Source of the DNA: a candidate division WOR-3 bacterium
GTDB lineage: Bacteria; Hydrothermota; Hydrothermia; LBFQ01
Assembly (NCBI GenBank): GCA_039802605.1
Contig: JBDRWW010000002.1
Coordinates: 192,001-256,000 of the forward strand
Direction of reading: 5' to 3'
DNA: 64,000 nt
A program made the position numbers and the translations under genes. The notes under the pieces are model-generated. The model worked only from the letters and a program-made list of their open reading frames with translations. It was not told the origin of the DNA and did no database searches. Below are positions 31,263-40,742 of this stretch, piece after piece; position 1 is the stretch's first letter; each line of letters begins with the position of its first letter.

Positions 31263-31277
31263 ATAAGGAGGTGTGAT

Positions 31278-31847
31278 ATGACGGTAAAATGCAATATGGG
31301 TTGCCGTATATTCGTAGGGTTGGCGGCCCTAATTCTATTTATTGCCCTTGTATTCCCGATATGGTCTTACTACATAACGGCACCCCAATACCCCGAAGGC
31401 TTATACCTACACATATACGCCAACAAATTAACGGGAAATCTTGACAACATAAACACATTAAACCACTATGTGGGTATGAAACGCATACACCCGGATTCCT
31501 TCCCGGAATTAAAAATTATACCTTTTATAATAATCGGCTTGGCGATCCTTGGTATATTGGTATCGGTTATAGGCAATAGGGTTTTAGCCGCACTCTGGTT
31601 AATAATATTTGGAATTTTGGGAATTGTCGGGTTGGCGGACTTTTATAAGTGGTTATACCATTACGGCCACGATTTGGATCCAAATGCCCCCTTAAAACTC
31701 GGAACGGATTATACACCACCAATAATAGGTATTAAGAAGATGCTGAATATAACGATCTATGCCTATCCTCATATAGGTGGCTTAGCCGTATTCCTATCCG
31801 CGTTTCTGGGTTTCTTAGGGATTTTATGGGCATATCGCAAAAAATGA
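31278..31847 (+). CDS. nosB: Clade II nos membrane protein (NosB-like)
   Basis: APQYPEGL, INTLNHYVGM, YGHDLDP..P; 4 TMs; follows nosZ. Confidence 0.85.
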   Translation: MTVKCNMGCRIFVGLAALILFIALVFPIWSYYITAPQYPEGLYLHIYANKLTGNLDNINTLNHYVGMKRIHPDSFPELKIIPFIIIGLAILGILVSVIGNRVLAALWLIIFGILGIVGLADFYKWLYHYGHDLDPNAPLKLGTDYTPPIIGIKKMLNITIYAYPHIGGLAVFLSAFLGFLGILWAYRKK

Positions 31848-32284
31848 AAAGGCTTTTATTACTTTTATCTCTAACGCTTTCCTGTTCCCCCAAACCCCAA
31901 CCGATAAACTATGGGAAAGATGCCTGCGATTATTGCCGTATGATAATATCCGACAAGAGGTTTGGAGGGGAAATAGTTTTAAAAACCGGGAAGGTTTATA
32001 AGTTTGACGATGTAGGATGCTTAATAAACTTCTTTTGGGAGAACAACATCGCGGAAAAGGATATTGCGATGTTTTTGGTGGTGGATTACAAAACCGGGGA
32101 TTTAATAGATGCCACCAGGGCTTTTTACATACAAAGCGATAAAATACATTCACCCATGGCCTACGATATAGCCGCTTTCAAAAATCCCGAAGATGCCGAA
32201 GAATTCTTAAATAAAAACGGTGGGAATTTAATGAACTGGGCCCAAATAAACGACTTAATCAGGAGGCAAAGTAAAGTGAGATGA
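31844..32284 (+). CDS. nosL: Copper chaperone lipoprotein NosL
   Basis: Lipobox LSC, CDYCRM, FDDVGC, SPM; start revised to ATG 31844. Confidence 0.92.
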   Translation: MKRLLLLLSLTLSCSPKPQPINYGKDACDYCRMIISDKRFGGEIVLKTGKVYKFDDVGCLINFFWENNIAEKDIAMFLVVDYKTGDLIDATRAFYIQSDKIHSPMAYDIAAFKNPEDAEEFLNKNGGNLMNWAQINDLIRRQSKVR

Positions 32285-33495
32285 TATTCCTTTTAACCTT
32301 TATACGGATATGTGAGAATTGCAATTTAGAAGATGTTGTATCAAACACCAAACCCTATGATACCGTTGTGGTTAAAAAAGGTGTTTATTTTGTTAAAAAC
32401 CTCGTTATTGATAAGCCTTTAACCTTAATAGGGGAAAATTGGCCGATTTTGGATGGAAGAAAGGAGGGTGAGATTCTAATAATTACGGGCGATAGCGTGA
32501 TAGTTAAGGGATTTGTTTTTAAAAATACGAGGTTTGGATTCATCAAGGATTTTTCCGCTCTAAGGGTGAAAAACTGCAAGGGCTGTGTGGTTGAGGGGAA
32601 TAAGTTTCTAAACAACATGTGGGCTATGTATTGGGAAAATTCGGAAGGGGGTGTTATAAGGAATAACTATATAAACGGGGGTGAGGTGAAAGGTTTAGGT
32701 ACATATTCGGGAAACGGTATACACCTTTGGCACTGCAAAAAAATATTAATAGAGAACAACACCGTAACGGGACACAGAGACGGAATATATTTTGAATTCG
32801 TTGATAGTTCAACCATTAGGGGCAATATAAGTTTTAAAAACGCGAGATACGGCTTGCATTTTATGTATTCAAACGGGAACGAGTTTTACGATAACGGTTT
32901 CTATGAAAACGGTGCGGTTGCGGTTATGTACTCAAAGGGTTTCAAAATATTCCACAATAAATTTGAAAAACATTGGGGAGGTACGGGTTATGGGATATTT
33001 TTAAAGGATGTCTATTACGGGGAAATATTTGAAAACACATTTTACAAAAACACCGTAGGGATGCTATTTGATAACGCAAACGGCATAAAAGTCATAAACA
33101 ATGTGTTTTTAAACAACGGCTACGCGTTAAAAATTTGGGCGAGCTCCGGCAACGACACAATAATGCACAACGACTTTATAGGAAATTCCTTTGTTGTTTC
33201 GGTAAATAACAGGTTTGTGGAAGTTTTATTTGAAAAAAACTACTACGATACGTATGACGGGTATGACATAGATAGGGACGGATTTGGAGATGTGCCGCAT
33301 AGGTTGGTTAGGTTGTTTTCGGTGATAATGGATATAGTTCCGGCAACATCAATACTTTTAAAAAGCCCATTACAGCAGGTTTTGGAAAATATTGAAAAAT
33401 TTTTCCCCACTATAATCCCTTCCCTTGTGGAGGATAAAAGGCCATTTATGGAGGTTATAAACTATGGAAATAATAAAGGTAGAAAATCTAAATAA
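32281..33495 (+). CDS. nosD: N2O reductase maturation protein (CASH beta-helix)
   Basis: GNGIHLW, RDGIY, RYGLHFMYS, GYDIDRDGFGDVP. Confidence 0.95.
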   Translation: MIFLLTFIRICENCNLEDVVSNTKPYDTVVVKKGVYFVKNLVIDKPLTLIGENWPILDGRKEGEILIITGDSVIVKGFVFKNTRFGFIKDFSALRVKNCKGCVVEGNKFLNNMWAMYWENSEGGVIRNNYINGGEVKGLGTYSGNGIHLWHCKKILIENNTVTGHRDGIYFEFVDSSTIRGNISFKNARYGLHFMYSNGNEFYDNGFYENGAVAVMYSKGFKIFHNKFEKHWGGTGYGIFLKDVYYGEIFENTFYKNTVGMLFDNANGIKVINNVFLNNGYALKIWASSGNDTIMHNDFIGNSFVVSVNNRFVEVLFEKNYYDTYDGYDIDRDGFGDVPHRLVRLFSVIMDIVPATSILLKSPLQQVLENIEKFFPTIIPSLVEDKRPFMEVINYGNNKGRKSK

Positions 33496-34183
33496 GTTTT
33501 ACGGAAAGAAACGGGTTCTAAAAAATATAAACTTGGTTTTCCGAAGGGGTGAAATTAGTGTAATAGTGGGGCCTAACGCTTCGGGAAAAACAACCTTTAT
33601 GAAATGCCTTTTGGGTTTAGTCGTTCCTTCTTCCGGTAAAATACTTTTTTGGGGTGAGAATATCGTAGGCAAAAGCGGGTATAGGAGAAAAATCGGCTAT
33701 ATGCCACAAATACCAAACCTTCCGGAAAACTTAACGCCAAAGGACCTTTTTAACCTATTGGTTGATATATACGGTAAGGATATGGTTGAAAAACCGGAGA
33801 GATATATAGAAATGTTTTCTTTACAAGACTTTTGGAACAGTCCTATAAAAACCCTCTCGGGTGGAACGAGACAAAAGGTAAGCGCAACATTATGCCTGAG
33901 TATAAAGGCGGATGTTTATGTTCTGGACGAACCCACTGCATCCCTTGATCCAAAATCTTCCATAGTATTAAAGGAGGAAATAATTTCTAAAAAGGAAAAA
34001 GGAGCCGCGGTTATACTAACAACACATATAATCCCAACGGTTGAGGATATTTCGGATAACATAACATATATCTTCGAAGGTGAGGTTAAATATAGTGGGG
34101 ATGTCCGCAGGTTGAAGGGAATCACAGGCGAAAAAACGCTTGAAAGGGCGGTTACGAGGTTAAACGATGTTAAAAATATTTAA
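33464..34183 (+). CDS. nosF: ABC ATP-binding subunit of NosDFY
   Basis: GPNASGKTT, LSGGTRQK, LDEPT; lies between nosD and nosY. Confidence 0.9.
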   Translation: MEIIKVENLNKFYGKKRVLKNINLVFRRGEISVIVGPNASGKTTFMKCLLGLVVPSSGKILFWGENIVGKSGYRRKIGYMPQIPNLPENLTPKDLFNLLVDIYGKDMVEKPERYIEMFSLQDFWNSPIKTLSGGTRQKVSATLCLSIKADVYVLDEPTASLDPKSSIVLKEEIISKKEKGAAVILTTHIIPTVEDISDNITYIFEGEVKYSGDVRRLKGITGEKTLERAVTRLNDVKNI

Positions 34184-34937
34184 ATACGAGGTTTTAAATC
34201 TCATCCAAGGTTTTACAATTTGGGTATATACCCTTTTCGTTTTCCTTTTAACTTTCGGTTTTGCCTTTTTCACAGGAGACCCTTCAAAAACGGTTTCCGC
34301 AGTTTTGAGTCTCGTGGTGTTCCTATTGCCCATAATCGTCATGATTTTAACCATTATGGATTACTATAACAGCAGGGAGTTTATAGAGATGCTCCTATCC
34401 TACCCTGTGAGTAGGGCGAGTGTGTTTTTAGGGAAGTTCTTGACAATGTTTTTTGTTTTGACGGTTTCCTGGACAATTGGTTATCTTTTACCAATTATTG
34501 TAAGGGGATGGACATACGATTATGCCATATGGTTATACATTTCCGGTTTAATCGTTGTTTGGGTGTGTATCCCATTAGCGTTGTTATTTGGCATTTTAAA
34601 CGACGATAAGGTTGCGGGTGTTGGTTTGGTAATAGGGGTGTGGCTTCTTTTCACATTGATATACGATGCCCTAATCCTTATAATATCCCTCTCATTTCGG
34701 AATTATCCGGTTGAAAAGATGATTATACTTTTAACCCTTTTAAACCCTATAGACCTTGCGAGAATATTGGTTGTTAGAACCATGGACATTGCAATACTAA
34801 TGGGTTATACCGGTGCGCTGTTTGAGACATTTTTAAGGGGAAAAGTCGGGATAGTTCTGGCATTTTTGTCAATATCTTTATGGATAGCTATTCCAACAAT
34901 TTTGGCAAAGGTAATTTTCAACAGAAAGGATTGGTAA
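34167..34937 (+). CDS. nosY: ABC permease subunit of NosDFY
   Basis: LLSYPVSR, LLNPIDLAR, GYTGA; 6 TMs. Confidence 0.9.
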   Translation: MLKIFKYEVLNLIQGFTIWVYTLFVFLLTFGFAFFTGDPSKTVSAVLSLVVFLLPIIVMILTIMDYYNSREFIEMLLSYPVSRASVFLGKFLTMFFVLTVSWTIGYLLPIIVRGWTYDYAIWLYISGLIVVWVCIPLALLFGILNDDKVAGVGLVIGVWLLFTLIYDALILIISLSFRNYPVEKMIILLTLLNPIDLARILVVRTMDIAILMGYTGALFETFLRGKVGIVLAFLSISLWIAIPTILAKVIFNRKDW

Positions 34938-34938
34938 T

Positions 34939-35337
34939 TTATTGGCTTTCCCCTAACAATTGTTTAAATGTCTCAACACAACCCAATCCTTTCCTTTCAA
35001 TTTCCAACCCGAATTTGGTAAGATTTTTATCCCCTATCCCTTTACCGTCTGGATTATGACACTTGGAGCACCCGTTTTCTATAAAAACCTTACGGGCATC
35101 ACCCAAAAGGGCGTGCTTTTTGGCCAATGTTTGTAAGGAGATGCATCCATAACCCTTTTTTAACATCTCCCTTCCGTAATCCGTATAATCGGTAGGAGGT
35201 AAGGTGTGGCAGTTTTTACACCCGTAATTGTTGAAAACCTCTAAGGCATTTTTTGGAACCTCGTGAAATCCGTTATCAGATTTCGTACCCTTTAAAGAAC
35301 ACCCATAAAACAAAAGCACAAAAAATAATAGTTTCAT
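34939..35337 (-). CDS. Diheme cytochrome c lipoprotein built from two internal repeats
   Basis: Lipobox FYGC; CKNCH and CSKCH, each followed by KG(Y/L)GC. Confidence 0.75.
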   Translation of the reverse strand: MKLLFFVLLFYGCSLKGTKSDNGFHEVPKNALEVFNNYGCKNCHTLPPTDYTDYGREMLKKGYGCISLQTLAKKHALLGDARKVFIENGCSKCHNPDGKGIGDKNLTKFGLEIERKGLGCVETFKQLLGESQ

Positions 35338-35341
35338 AATT

Positions 35342-35366
35342 GGGGGAGGGGAACCCCCCCACCCCC
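35342..35366. terminator. GC-rich intergenic hairpin
   Basis: GGGGG-A-GGGG / CCCC-A-CCCCC stem; no clear U-tract on the minus strand. Confidence 0.5.
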
Positions 35367-35369
35367 GAT

Positions 35370-37487
35370 TTACCTTATCACCACGGTTCCCGTCCTTACA
35401 TTACCGCTTGGTAGTAAAACCTTTACGACAAACACACCCTTTTTATTAAATTCAATTGTGAAATCGTTTGAACCCCTCTTTACAACATATTCCCTCCCAT
35501 AAACCTTCCTTCCCGATGTCTCATAAATCAACACCTTTGCCTTACCCGGATTCAAAGAGGTTAGGTGTAGGTTTATATACCCCTTTCCACCGCTTATACC
35601 CACAAAATCCGGTATGGAAATCTCGTATATACCCGTAAAGTGACCAAAGGATAACACCAAAAATCCGGCTGACAAATCAGCCGTGAATATAATGTTCGAT
35701 GGATTCACATATACGGATTGCGATGACCAAGGGGTATCGTAATATCCGATTTCTGTAATCGTTGGAAGTAGTGACATATCAAGCACCCTTAAACCACCTA
35801 TACCATCGGCGACAAAGATGTAATTACCCCGTACAAACACATCCTTTGCCTCTCCGGGTGTAGTATAGTTTGCCACCTCAAAGGGTGCATAAGGGTTTGA
35901 AATGTTTATAACCCTTATACCGCTTAAACTCCCATCTGCTATGAAAGCATAGGGATACAAAACATATATACCCATGGCATTACCCGGGGTGTCGTAATAC
36001 GATATTTCAACAGGCGATAGGGGATCGGAAATATCCACAATTCTTAACCCCATAGTACCGTCGGCCACAAACATCAAATTCCCCTCTACAAACACCTTAT
36101 GGGCTACTCCCGGAGAATCGTAATATGATACCTCTATGGGATTTGTGGGATCGCTTATGTCTATTATTCTAACACCATAAAGCCCATCCGCCACAAAGGC
36201 GTAATTTCCGGAAACAAAAACCCCTTTCGCGCTTCCGGGGGTATCGTAATAACCCACAAGGCTTAATGATGATGTGTCATATATCATAAGACCACCTGTT
36301 GTGCCGGATGCAACGAATATGTATCCGTTATACGGGAAAACCTCAAGGGCATAGCCACCGGCTCTCTCATTTATCTTATTTATATTGGGTATTGAAATGG
36401 TAAAGGATTTCACACCTTTACTACCCGCAGCCGCAAAAATCTTACCGTTGTATTCCCTAACATCGTAAAAGCATCCCTCTGCGGAAATGAAGCCGTACAA
36501 AGTGGGATTTATGGGATCTGATATATCAAAAATTTCAAGTCCTGCTATATCTTCCGCCACCAACGCATAATTGCCTTTTATGGAAATCTTATAGGCTACG
36601 CCATAAGTGGATACCGAATTTAAAAGGGATAAGGATGAAGGATCCCTAATCTCCAATCCACCCGTCATTCCGGCGAGGTATAGATAACCGTTTTCCTTGG
36701 TATCCGTGTAGTTGTATGTGGTTGAAGCAGTTGAAACCAAAGAAGGTGTAGTTGGATCCGATATATCATAAACCTTAACACCGGATGTCCCCAATGCCAG
36801 ATGTAGGTTATTCCCCGAGACTTCCAGCGCCCTAACATTCCCTATACCCGTTATCTCGCTAACCTTTACGGGTGATGATATGTTGCTTATATCAAATATC
36901 TCAACGCCTATGGTTCCTTCACCGACTATTAGGTATCCGGAATAAACATCCACATCCGTTGCATCCCCCGTTGTAGGTATCATACCTACAAGGATGGGCG
37001 AAGACGGTGTTGAAATATCAAACACCTTTACACCAAATTCGCCATCGGCCAAGAAGAGGTAAATACCGGAAATTTTTAGAGACTTGGCGTATCCGGGTGA
37101 ATCATAATGGTAAATCAAATTGGGCGAAGTTGGTGTGGATATATCGTATATGAGCAATCCCTCCAAGCCATTGGCCACAAAAAGATAATTTCCCAAGATT
37201 TGGAGATCTAACACCACTCCATTGGTTTTGATTTCGGATATTAGTGATAGGGTTGAGAAATCATATATCCGGATTCCTCCACCCACACCCATTACCAAGG
37301 TTGATGAGGATACATCCAGGTCTGCCGTTAGGTTTGCCCCGAATGGATATTTGGCGAGAGATACGATATTTGAGGAATCGAGATTGATTCTGTAAGAGGA
37401 ACCGCAGCAGTCCTTACGGGCACCAAAGGGGCTTAAAACCCCTATGTCCCCACATGCCTCTATAACACCCATTATACCCATTATCAT
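35370..37487 (-). CDS. LVIVD-repeat beta-propeller protein with T9SS-like C-terminal domain
   Basis: About 13 YxFVADG..GL.I.DISxP..P repeats; C-terminal IYETSGRKV...KGVFVV. Confidence 0.88.
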   Translation of the reverse strand: MIMGIMGVIEACGDIGVLSPFGARKDCCGSSYRINLDSSNIVSLAKYPFGANLTADLDVSSSTLVMGVGGGIRIYDFSTLSLISEIKTNGVVLDLQILGNYLFVANGLEGLLIYDISTPTSPNLIYHYDSPGYAKSLKISGIYLFLADGEFGVKVFDISTPSSPILVGMIPTTGDATDVDVYSGYLIVGEGTIGVEIFDISNISSPVKVSEITGIGNVRALEVSGNNLHLALGTSGVKVYDISDPTTPSLVSTASTTYNYTDTKENGYLYLAGMTGGLEIRDPSSLSLLNSVSTYGVAYKISIKGNYALVAEDIAGLEIFDISDPINPTLYGFISAEGCFYDVREYNGKIFAAAGSKGVKSFTISIPNINKINERAGGYALEVFPYNGYIFVASGTTGGLMIYDTSSLSLVGYYDTPGSAKGVFVSGNYAFVADGLYGVRIIDISDPTNPIEVSYYDSPGVAHKVFVEGNLMFVADGTMGLRIVDISDPLSPVEISYYDTPGNAMGIYVLYPYAFIADGSLSGIRVINISNPYAPFEVANYTTPGEAKDVFVRGNYIFVADGIGGLRVLDMSLLPTITEIGYYDTPWSSQSVYVNPSNIIFTADLSAGFLVLSFGHFTGIYEISIPDFVGISGGKGYINLHLTSLNPGKAKVLIYETSGRKVYGREYVVKRGSNDFTIEFNKKGVFVVKVLLPSGNVRTGTVVIR

Positions 37488-37491
37488 AGCC

Positions 37492-38694
37492 TTACCTCCT
37501 TTTCACAAACCTTATAACCCTTTTTTCACCTCCCCTTTCCAAAAATACTATATAAACCCCCTTGGGGAGGTTTGATAGGTTAATGTTTCCGAAAGACTCA
37601 CCTTTTAGCATTTCCCTACCCGTGGAACTGTACACTTTAAACGAGAATTTACCCCTCCAATCTATCACCCCCCTCTCCTCAACTACAATAGGGTCATCGT
37701 ATGAAAGCGGACCACAATATGTCGCAAACACAACCGTCCTATAAGGGGGCATATGATCCGCCGAAGAGGTTGTACCAGAAGCCGTATGATTGTGCCCATG
37801 CGGTAAATGGCTTGATACGGCGCCACCAGTCCAAACATCGGGACCGTAATATGTTGATGTGGTAAAACTGTATGTATGTGTATGCGTAGATGAACCTCCG
37901 TTTAAGCCCGTTGTGGTATTGGCCATCGGAATCCTACCGTCAAAGTTCGGGTCTATGGAAAAATAAGGACACGAGGGTAATGTATCAAACATAAATATAA
38001 CCACACACGATTCCACCCTCGCAGGCTCGGAAATTGCCTTCCAAAACCTCACAGTCCTATAAGGGGGTATATGGTTTGCCGAGGAAGTTGTACCCGAAAA
38101 AGTATGGGAATGGGGTTGGCTATAAGGGGTGTCGTATGTAGATCCATAATCCGCTATATCGGAAGAGGAAGAAGTATTAGTAGATGTTGTTCCAGAAAAT
38201 GTATGAGTGTGAGATGTGGTTCCACCGGTCAAACCGGGTGTGGTAGTGTTTCCCATAGGAAACCTATCAACCATAGATGATGTTATATCACTCCATTCGG
38301 GTCGCGTGGGAGCGTTATACGATAAAACCACGGCATTTTGTGGTAAATATGTAAAGTCAACTAGGGCTTTTGCAAATATAAAGGTTCTGTAAGGGGGTAT
38401 ATGATTTGCGGAACTCGTAGTTGTTGAATATGTGTGAGTATGGGGATCCATAGGGGTAATAGACCAGGAAGTTCCCCCACAGTTGGGAATAGTGGTACCC
38501 GAGGATGTTGTGCCGCTTATCGTGTGGGTATGGCTTGTGGTTCCACCAAGGGTACCACCGTATGTTGTCGTTCCAAGGGGAAATCTGTCTTGAAAATCCG
38601 TTAATACTTGCCAACCCGCAGGGGGTGGCCCATCAAACATTACAATTGTTCCCGCGGGAACAGGAGCACATTGCGATATGACAACCACCATCAT
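37492..38694 (-). CDS. Secreted protein with three tail-collar/tail-fibre-like HxH repeats and T9SS-like C-terminal domain
   Basis: Three units ending H(I/M)PPYRT; C-terminal VYSSTGR...LPKGVYIV...RFVK; start revised to ATG 38694. Confidence 0.75.
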   Translation of the reverse strand: MMVVVISQCAPVPAGTIVMFDGPPPAGWQVLTDFQDRFPLGTTTYGGTLGGTTSHTHTISGTTSSGTTIPNCGGTSWSITPMDPHTHTYSTTTSSANHIPPYRTFIFAKALVDFTYLPQNAVVLSYNAPTRPEWSDITSSMVDRFPMGNTTTPGLTGGTTSHTHTFSGTTSTNTSSSSDIADYGSTYDTPYSQPHSHTFSGTTSSANHIPPYRTVRFWKAISEPARVESCVVIFMFDTLPSCPYFSIDPNFDGRIPMANTTTGLNGGSSTHTHTYSFTTSTYYGPDVWTGGAVSSHLPHGHNHTASGTTSSADHMPPYRTVVFATYCGPLSYDDPIVVEERGVIDWRGKFSFKVYSSTGREMLKGESFGNINLSNLPKGVYIVFLERGGEKRVIRFVKRR

Positions 38695-38703
38695 AATATG
38701 TAA

Positions 38704-38733
38704 ATTGTACAGCTGAAAATCGTTACCCGTCAA
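38704..38733 (-). promoter_or_regulatory. sigma70-type promoter TTGACG-N18-TACAAT
   Basis: -35 at 38728-38733, -10 at 38704-38709, 9 nt before ATG 38694. Confidence 0.6.
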
Positions 38734-38783
38734 GCAAGATAATAGAATAAAATAATAATCTTATATTTTTGTATTATTTTGCT
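38733..38783. repeat. AT-rich 51-bp imperfect inverted repeat in a divergent intergenic region
   Basis: Arms AGCAAGATAATAGAATAAAATAA / TTATATTTTTGTATTATTTTGCT (19 of 23 paired), 5-nt loop. Confidence 0.6.
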
Positions 38784-38829
38784 AAATACCTGTGGATTTA
38801 TTCGTATTACAACCTTAAAATCTCCGATT

Positions 38830-39372
38830 ATGCGTAGGGTTTTATACTTTACACCTTTTTTAATTCTCCTTTCATGCGCTTCGGTGGAGGATAAGGTTCG
38901 TTCATCATCCGTAGATTACACCATATCACCGATGATGACATTTGATACAATAAAAACCATAGCGGTATTCGCAAAAGAGCAGGTATTATACGACGAAGCG
39001 GTTCTAAACCTTTTGAAGACCGGAAAATTTGATGTAATTGACAGGCAGAAAATTGACGAGATTTTGGAAGAGCAGGAGTTTTCCCATTCGGGATTTGTGG
39101 ATCAGGAAACCGCGGTTAAGGTTGGAAAACTCCTCGGCGCAAACCTCATAGCATTCGTTGAGAAGGTATCCTCCGGTAAAGATTTTGACGCTTATACATC
39201 AAAGGTTAGTGTAAAAATTATAGATGTTCAAACGGGCAGGATTATGTATGTGGCTACGGCATACGGGCAATCTTACGAGGATGGAGATGACGCTTTAAAA
39301 GAGGGTTGTAAAAATGCCTTTTATCCCCTGGTTAAAAAATTCGCAACCAATGGGGAAGGTGATAACCGTTAG
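38830..39372 (+). CDS. CsgG/HfaB-like lipoprotein
   Basis: Lipobox LLSC; FDVIDRQKIDEILEEQ...G...GKLLGA...DVQTGRI; start revised to ATG 38830. Confidence 0.8.
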   Translation: MRRVLYFTPFLILLSCASVEDKVRSSSVDYTISPMMTFDTIKTIAVFAKEQVLYDEAVLNLLKTGKFDVIDRQKIDEILEEQEFSHSGFVDQETAVKVGKLLGANLIAFVEKVSSGKDFDAYTSKVSVKIIDVQTGRIMYVATAYGQSYEDGDDALKEGCKNAFYPLVKKFATNGEGDNR

Positions 39373-40721
39373 AAACTCGTAGGTGAAGAAAAGTTAAAGT
39401 CCTTTATCTTTACGGTTGGTAAAATTGTTCCCCTTGGGAAGTGTGTATCGTACCATGTACTTTCACCTATCAATTCCTCTTCCCTTGAAACATCCAAAAC
39501 ATTATTGAGGGCGTTAAAGAGGCTCTCGTTGAATCTCATATTTTTCATACTACCCACAATTTTTCCGTTTTCCACTACAAATACGCCATCCCTTGTCATC
39601 CCCGTAAATGTTAAACTTTGAACATCAACGAGATTAACATACCAAAACCTCGTGATAATTAAGCCCCTTTCCGTATTACCCACAATCCTCTTGTAATCCA
39701 TATCACCACCCCTGAGGTACATGTTCGTAAATAATGGGTAGTTTGTAAATGGTAATGCGCAGGCGTTTGAATCCACACCCATTTTCCTTGCGGTTATACT
39801 GTCATGGGCGAAGTTCTTAAATACCCCCTTTTCTATTATAGGTGTCAAACCCTTTCTCTTACCCTCAAAATCAAAAGGCATTATAAACCCCCTCGGGTTT
39901 AAGGGGTCATCCAATAGGGTTATCTTTTCCGAAAAGATTTTCTGTCCCAATTTGTCCTTTAAAGGGGATTTACCTTCAACTGCCGATTTTCCGGACAAAG
40001 CCACCCAGTTCATATACGATATCAGCTCCTCAAGGGCCAATGGTTCAAGTATCACCGTCCATTTTCCCGGCTTTGCATCAACGGGATTTAAAATAAACCT
40101 TAACCTCTCCTCCGCCCTTTCCATAACATCATATACTCGCAATTCCTTAAACGATTTTGCGGACTTTTGAACGATATAACTAAAAGTTTCATAAATGGGG
40201 TTGTACTTTATATGGGCATCCGTTAAATAGTTGTATCCTATGAAACCCGATGATGTTAAAAACACATATTCCGTACTTCCGCCAGAAACCACACCAAAGG
40301 CTTCAAAGGGTTTTGGCGTATTCTTTATTAGATCGTGCGCAATACCGAGTATATCCCCTGCGGTTATGTTTGCCGTATCCTCATCAAAATAATCCAAGGA
40401 TGCTTCAACGGAAATGCCTTCTGGTAATTCGGGAAGGTCGGGGTTTTCGGGCGATAGTTTTGCTATGTTTTCGGCTTTTTTTACGGCCTCCACCAAATCC
40501 CTCCTCTCACCCTTAAATGAAAAACTAACAACGGCGCTTTTCTTCCCAAACCTAACCCTTATCATGACCCTTATATCCTCAACATTTGTAGTTTGATGTA
40601 TCCGGGATTTTGCAAACCTTATCAAACTGCTCCTTTCACCGAAAACCATCACCTCAGTACCGTCATTTTCCGCTACCTTTAATACATCTTCACCTATGGA
40701 AAAGAGTTTATCTTTAAGCAT
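39369..40721 (-). CDS. TldD/PmbA family protein
   Basis: RFAKSRIHQ, VILEP, FDFEG, TGMTRDG..VENGKI, RFNES. Confidence 0.9.
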   Translation of the reverse strand: MLKDKLFSIGEDVLKVAENDGTEVMVFGERSSLIRFAKSRIHQTTNVEDIRVMIRVRFGKKSAVVSFSFKGERRDLVEAVKKAENIAKLSPENPDLPELPEGISVEASLDYFDEDTANITAGDILGIAHDLIKNTPKPFEAFGVVSGGSTEYVFLTSSGFIGYNYLTDAHIKYNPIYETFSYIVQKSAKSFKELRVYDVMERAEERLRFILNPVDAKPGKWTVILEPLALEELISYMNWVALSGKSAVEGKSPLKDKLGQKIFSEKITLLDDPLNPRGFIMPFDFEGKRKGLTPIIEKGVFKNFAHDSITARKMGVDSNACALPFTNYPLFTNMYLRGGDMDYKRIVGNTERGLIITRFWYVNLVDVQSLTFTGMTRDGVFVVENGKIVGSMKNMRFNESLFNALNNVLDVSREEELIGESTWYDTHFPRGTILPTVKIKDFNFSSPTSF

Positions 40722-40742
40722 AGTGGGTATTCTAATGGGGAA

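Noticed and set aside
35370..38694. Prophage remnant suggested by tail-fibre-like repeats
   Set aside because: No capsid, terminase, integrase or other phage genes; the protein carries a host secretion-type C-terminus
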